A DNA stretch of 64,000 nucleotides, taken from NCBI GenBank assembly GCA_964016885.1, contig OZ024745.1:93682001-93746000 (forward strand), given 5' to 3'. The position numbers and the translations under genes are program-made. This document shows positions 61,574-64,000 of this stretch, one piece after another; the stretch's first letter is position 1; each line of letters starts with the position of its first letter. Below the pieces are notes generated by a model that saw only the letters and a program-made list of their open reading frames with translations, made no database searches and was not told where the DNA came from. The DNA is from Eledone cirrhosa. Its lineage: Eukaryota.

Positions 61574-61922
61574 CTCTCAGGTCTCAAATCATTGCCTCCC
61601 CCTTCTTCCTTATTAAATTTTGCTAATCTATCTCCAGTGCAATTTTATTTTAAGTGGTAACATTCCTGCAACAATTAATTTTCTTTATACATTAAAAAAC
61701 ATTGTACATGACATGACAAAAAAAGTACATTACTAGAAGTCTGATATGTTATAAAATAAATAGGATGGGTTGAGGTCTCAATATGTAAACTAAACAACTA
61801 ATTGTGGTTTTTAAAAAAATCAACAGACAACCTATGAAAATTACCGATTTTCCAATCTCCCGGCTTATTCAAACTTCCTCGCTTATTCCCCCCCCCCCCC
61901 CTTAATCTTTGGGACCTGAGAG
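61574..61922. mobile_element. MITE with TA TSD (Tc1/mariner-type)
   Basis: TA-CTCTCAGGTCTCAAA ... TTTGGGACCTGAGAG-TA; 14/15 TIR match. Confidence 0.75.
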
Positions 61923-62108
61923 TAATTTTACACATGCTGATTCTCTGTATCAATTTTTGAATTTTATTTTGCTATGCAATTGTGTAGAATGATCTCAAGA
62001 AATTGAACCTTATGAAGGAAATGACACAGGACTGAGCTGACTAGTGATATGACAGCACAAGCACCACAGCTCTGAGAGTAACATGGTAAGAGACTGGAGA
62101 CTACAATA

Positions 62109-62281
62109 CAGTGAAATTCCGTTGTAATGAAATTCACAAAGTATAACAAAAAATTTGTTGTAACGAAAAATTCTTTATAACAAGATTGACCGAAACAAAT
62201 CAAGTGTTTGTTTGTTATTACCTCGGGGATTGAAAAAAATTTTGTTATACTGAAAAATTTGTTATAACAGAATTTTACCTG
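62109..62281. mobile_element. Tigger/pogo-like MITE
   Basis: TA-CAGTGAAATTCCGTTGTAA ... TTATAACAGAATTTTACCTG-TA; imperfect TIRs. Confidence 0.7.
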
Positions 62282-62319
62282 TATTGACAATGAAATAGAG
62301 AAAATATAGGATATGAGGA

Positions 62320-62545
62320 GACTAATCTACCTGGCTGAACATGTAACAAGCTCACTAGTGCTAGTGTCATGATAAAGTACACCCAGTACACTCTGTATAT
62401 ACAGAGACTAAGACTCATCTATCTGATTGAACATGTAACAACAACAATCTCTCTAGTGCTAGTGTCATGATTAAGTACACCCAGTACACTCTGTATATAC
62501 AGATTAAGACTCATCTATCTGTTTGAACATGTAACAACCTCTCTT
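62320..62545. repeat. ~95-bp tandem duplication (2.3 units) in a SINE-related segment
   Basis: GAACATGTAACAA..CTAGTGCTAGTGTCATGAT..AAGTACACCCAGTACACTCTGTATATACAGA is repeated. Confidence 0.85.
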
Positions 62546-62561
62546 AGTCCATCCTCTAAGG

Positions 62562-62868
62562 CAAAGGTTCTCAAACCTTTTAGGCCACCGCCTCCCTCAC
62601 AGCCATGTAATACACTCAGCACCCTCCAACCCAATTTACAGAGAGATCTGCCTACACGTAAATTGTAAATTATATATAAATTAAATCATTAATGTATAAA
62701 TAAATATTATATATTTTCTATTTTACTATATTTATATATGTATCATTTCATATTTAATATACTATTATATCATCTCTATCACTCCCCACGGATCTCTTAG
62801 GCCCCAGCACCCCCTGAACCTTCTCAATGCCCTCCAGGGGGCAGTAGCGCCCACTTTGAGAACCTCTG
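62562..62868. mobile_element. hAT/Charlie-type MITE
   Basis: TIRs CAAAGGTTCTCAAA / TTTGAGAACCTCTG; imperfect 8-bp TSD CTCTAAGG / CTGTAAGT. Confidence 0.75.
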
Positions 62869-63314
62869 CTGTAAGTTCCTAGTACATGCTATAAAGTAGT
62901 TGACATTAGGAAGAGCATCTAGACATAAAAACCAAAACCAAATAAAAAATGGTAAATATGAGCAAGACATGATCACCTGATCTCATTACGTGACAACCCG
63001 TCTAACTCATGCAAGCATGGAAAATACACATTAAACTGTGATATTATGATGATGATGTTGATGATATTAAGATAGTATTGTTAAAGTTTCTACATTTATC
63101 TTAATTGTTGAAATGGATTGATGCAATATAGCCATGGACTGCGTTCCTTGCTTATCTACATAACTGTGATGCAATTGCTAGGATAAAGTTGGAGATAGAT
63201 AGTGATATGAGGATATTAAATGTTAAAACTCTTAGTTTTTGGTAAATTGTTTTAGTTGTTGTTATTTAACCATAAGTCAGTCCAGATAGAACAGACCTAT
63301 TATAAAAATACTGA

Positions 63315-63635
63315 AAATTATTGTGTACAGTGCTCAGGTGCATGTATAGTTCATAGAATAATGTACAAATGTCAGGAAAGTGAATAGTGTCTGAGTCTTG
63401 ATATACATACAGACAGGTGCATGCGTATGTATGGAGGGGGGAATATCAGGTATAGTGTTGGTGAATTTCAGGAAGTATGTATGTTTTGAAGGATGCAGTA
63501 TCCTGACAGCTAACAACTAATGCAGGTAGTTTGTTCCATGCTTTGGTAACTCTGAGTGTGAAAAAATGTTCCCAAAAGTCATGTGAGCTGTGCTGTTTTT
63601 TGATTTTGTATGCATGTCCAAGGGTGTTAGACATA
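63315..63635 (-). mobile_element. CR1/L2-type LINE 3' end
   Basis: HFFTLRVTKAWNKLPALVVSCQDTASFK followed by a 3'UTR shared with 10830..11120. Confidence 0.78.
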
Positions 63636-63639
63636 TGAA

Positions 63640-64000
63640 AATGACTGCACAGGCAGGAGTGGGGATACTCACAATCCCCAGGCTGGCAGAATGTGTTAAG
63701 GACTGGATACCATTAAGAGAAAGGATTTGTCTCTTGAAGCTTTGACTGAAATATAGGTCTCTGTGGGTGGTGCAAGTTTGTGCACCAAACAAGAAGTCCG
63801 AATACAGGTCCTTCTTTGATGAGGTCACTGCAGCGTTAGATGTAGTTAAGACTCGTACATCCTGATGGGAGACTTCAATCCACATGTTGGTACTGACCAC
63901 CTGTCATGGAAAAGAGTGATTGGAAGGAATGCAACTCTGATCTAAATATCAATGGGGAGGCCTTGCTGACTTCTGTTCTAGCAATGGAATCTCTATTATG
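63640..64000 (+). mobile_element. LINE APE-endonuclease fragment, runs off the window
   Basis: AQAGVGIL, WIPLRERICLLKL, VVQVCAP and LMGDFNPHVG. Confidence 0.8.

Noticed and set aside
61989-62084. Plus-strand exon-like segment (tgtag...ATG|gtaag) suggesting a divergent gene
   Set aside because: It reads NDLKKLNLMKEMTQD*, resembling the RTE C-terminus seen elsewhere in the window. I found no supporting plus-strand exons.

Overview
This is AT-rich, repeat-dense eukaryotic (metazoan) DNA. The SINE/RTE repertoire suggests an octopod cephalopod, but that is inference. One protein-coding gene dominates: CDC27/APC3 (TPR subunit of the anaphase-promoting complex) on the minus strand. I reconstructed it by hand as 20 GT-AG coding exons from ATG at 55585 to the stop at 2030 (2508 nt, 835 aa, consistent phases). 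Its introns and upstream region hold many decayed RTE and CR1 LINE fragments, two tRNA-derived SINE families, a TIR/TSD-bounded Buster/Charlie hAT element with a nested SINE, a piggyBac transposase relic, a TTAA MITE family, two related non-autonomous Helitrons, other MITEs and several minisatellites. I found no prokaryotic-type system, CRISPR array or second intact gene, and I cannot claim a new biological system. The most unusual items are: a tRNA-like cloverleaf with a GGA anticodon and Pol III terminator; a 48-bp SINE module repeatedly amplified into arrays; SINEs sharing both ends with the resident RTE LINE; tandem splice donors and a short uORF in CDC27; and a possible HDV-like fold at a retroelement 5' end. 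Repeat boundaries without TSDs are approximate.
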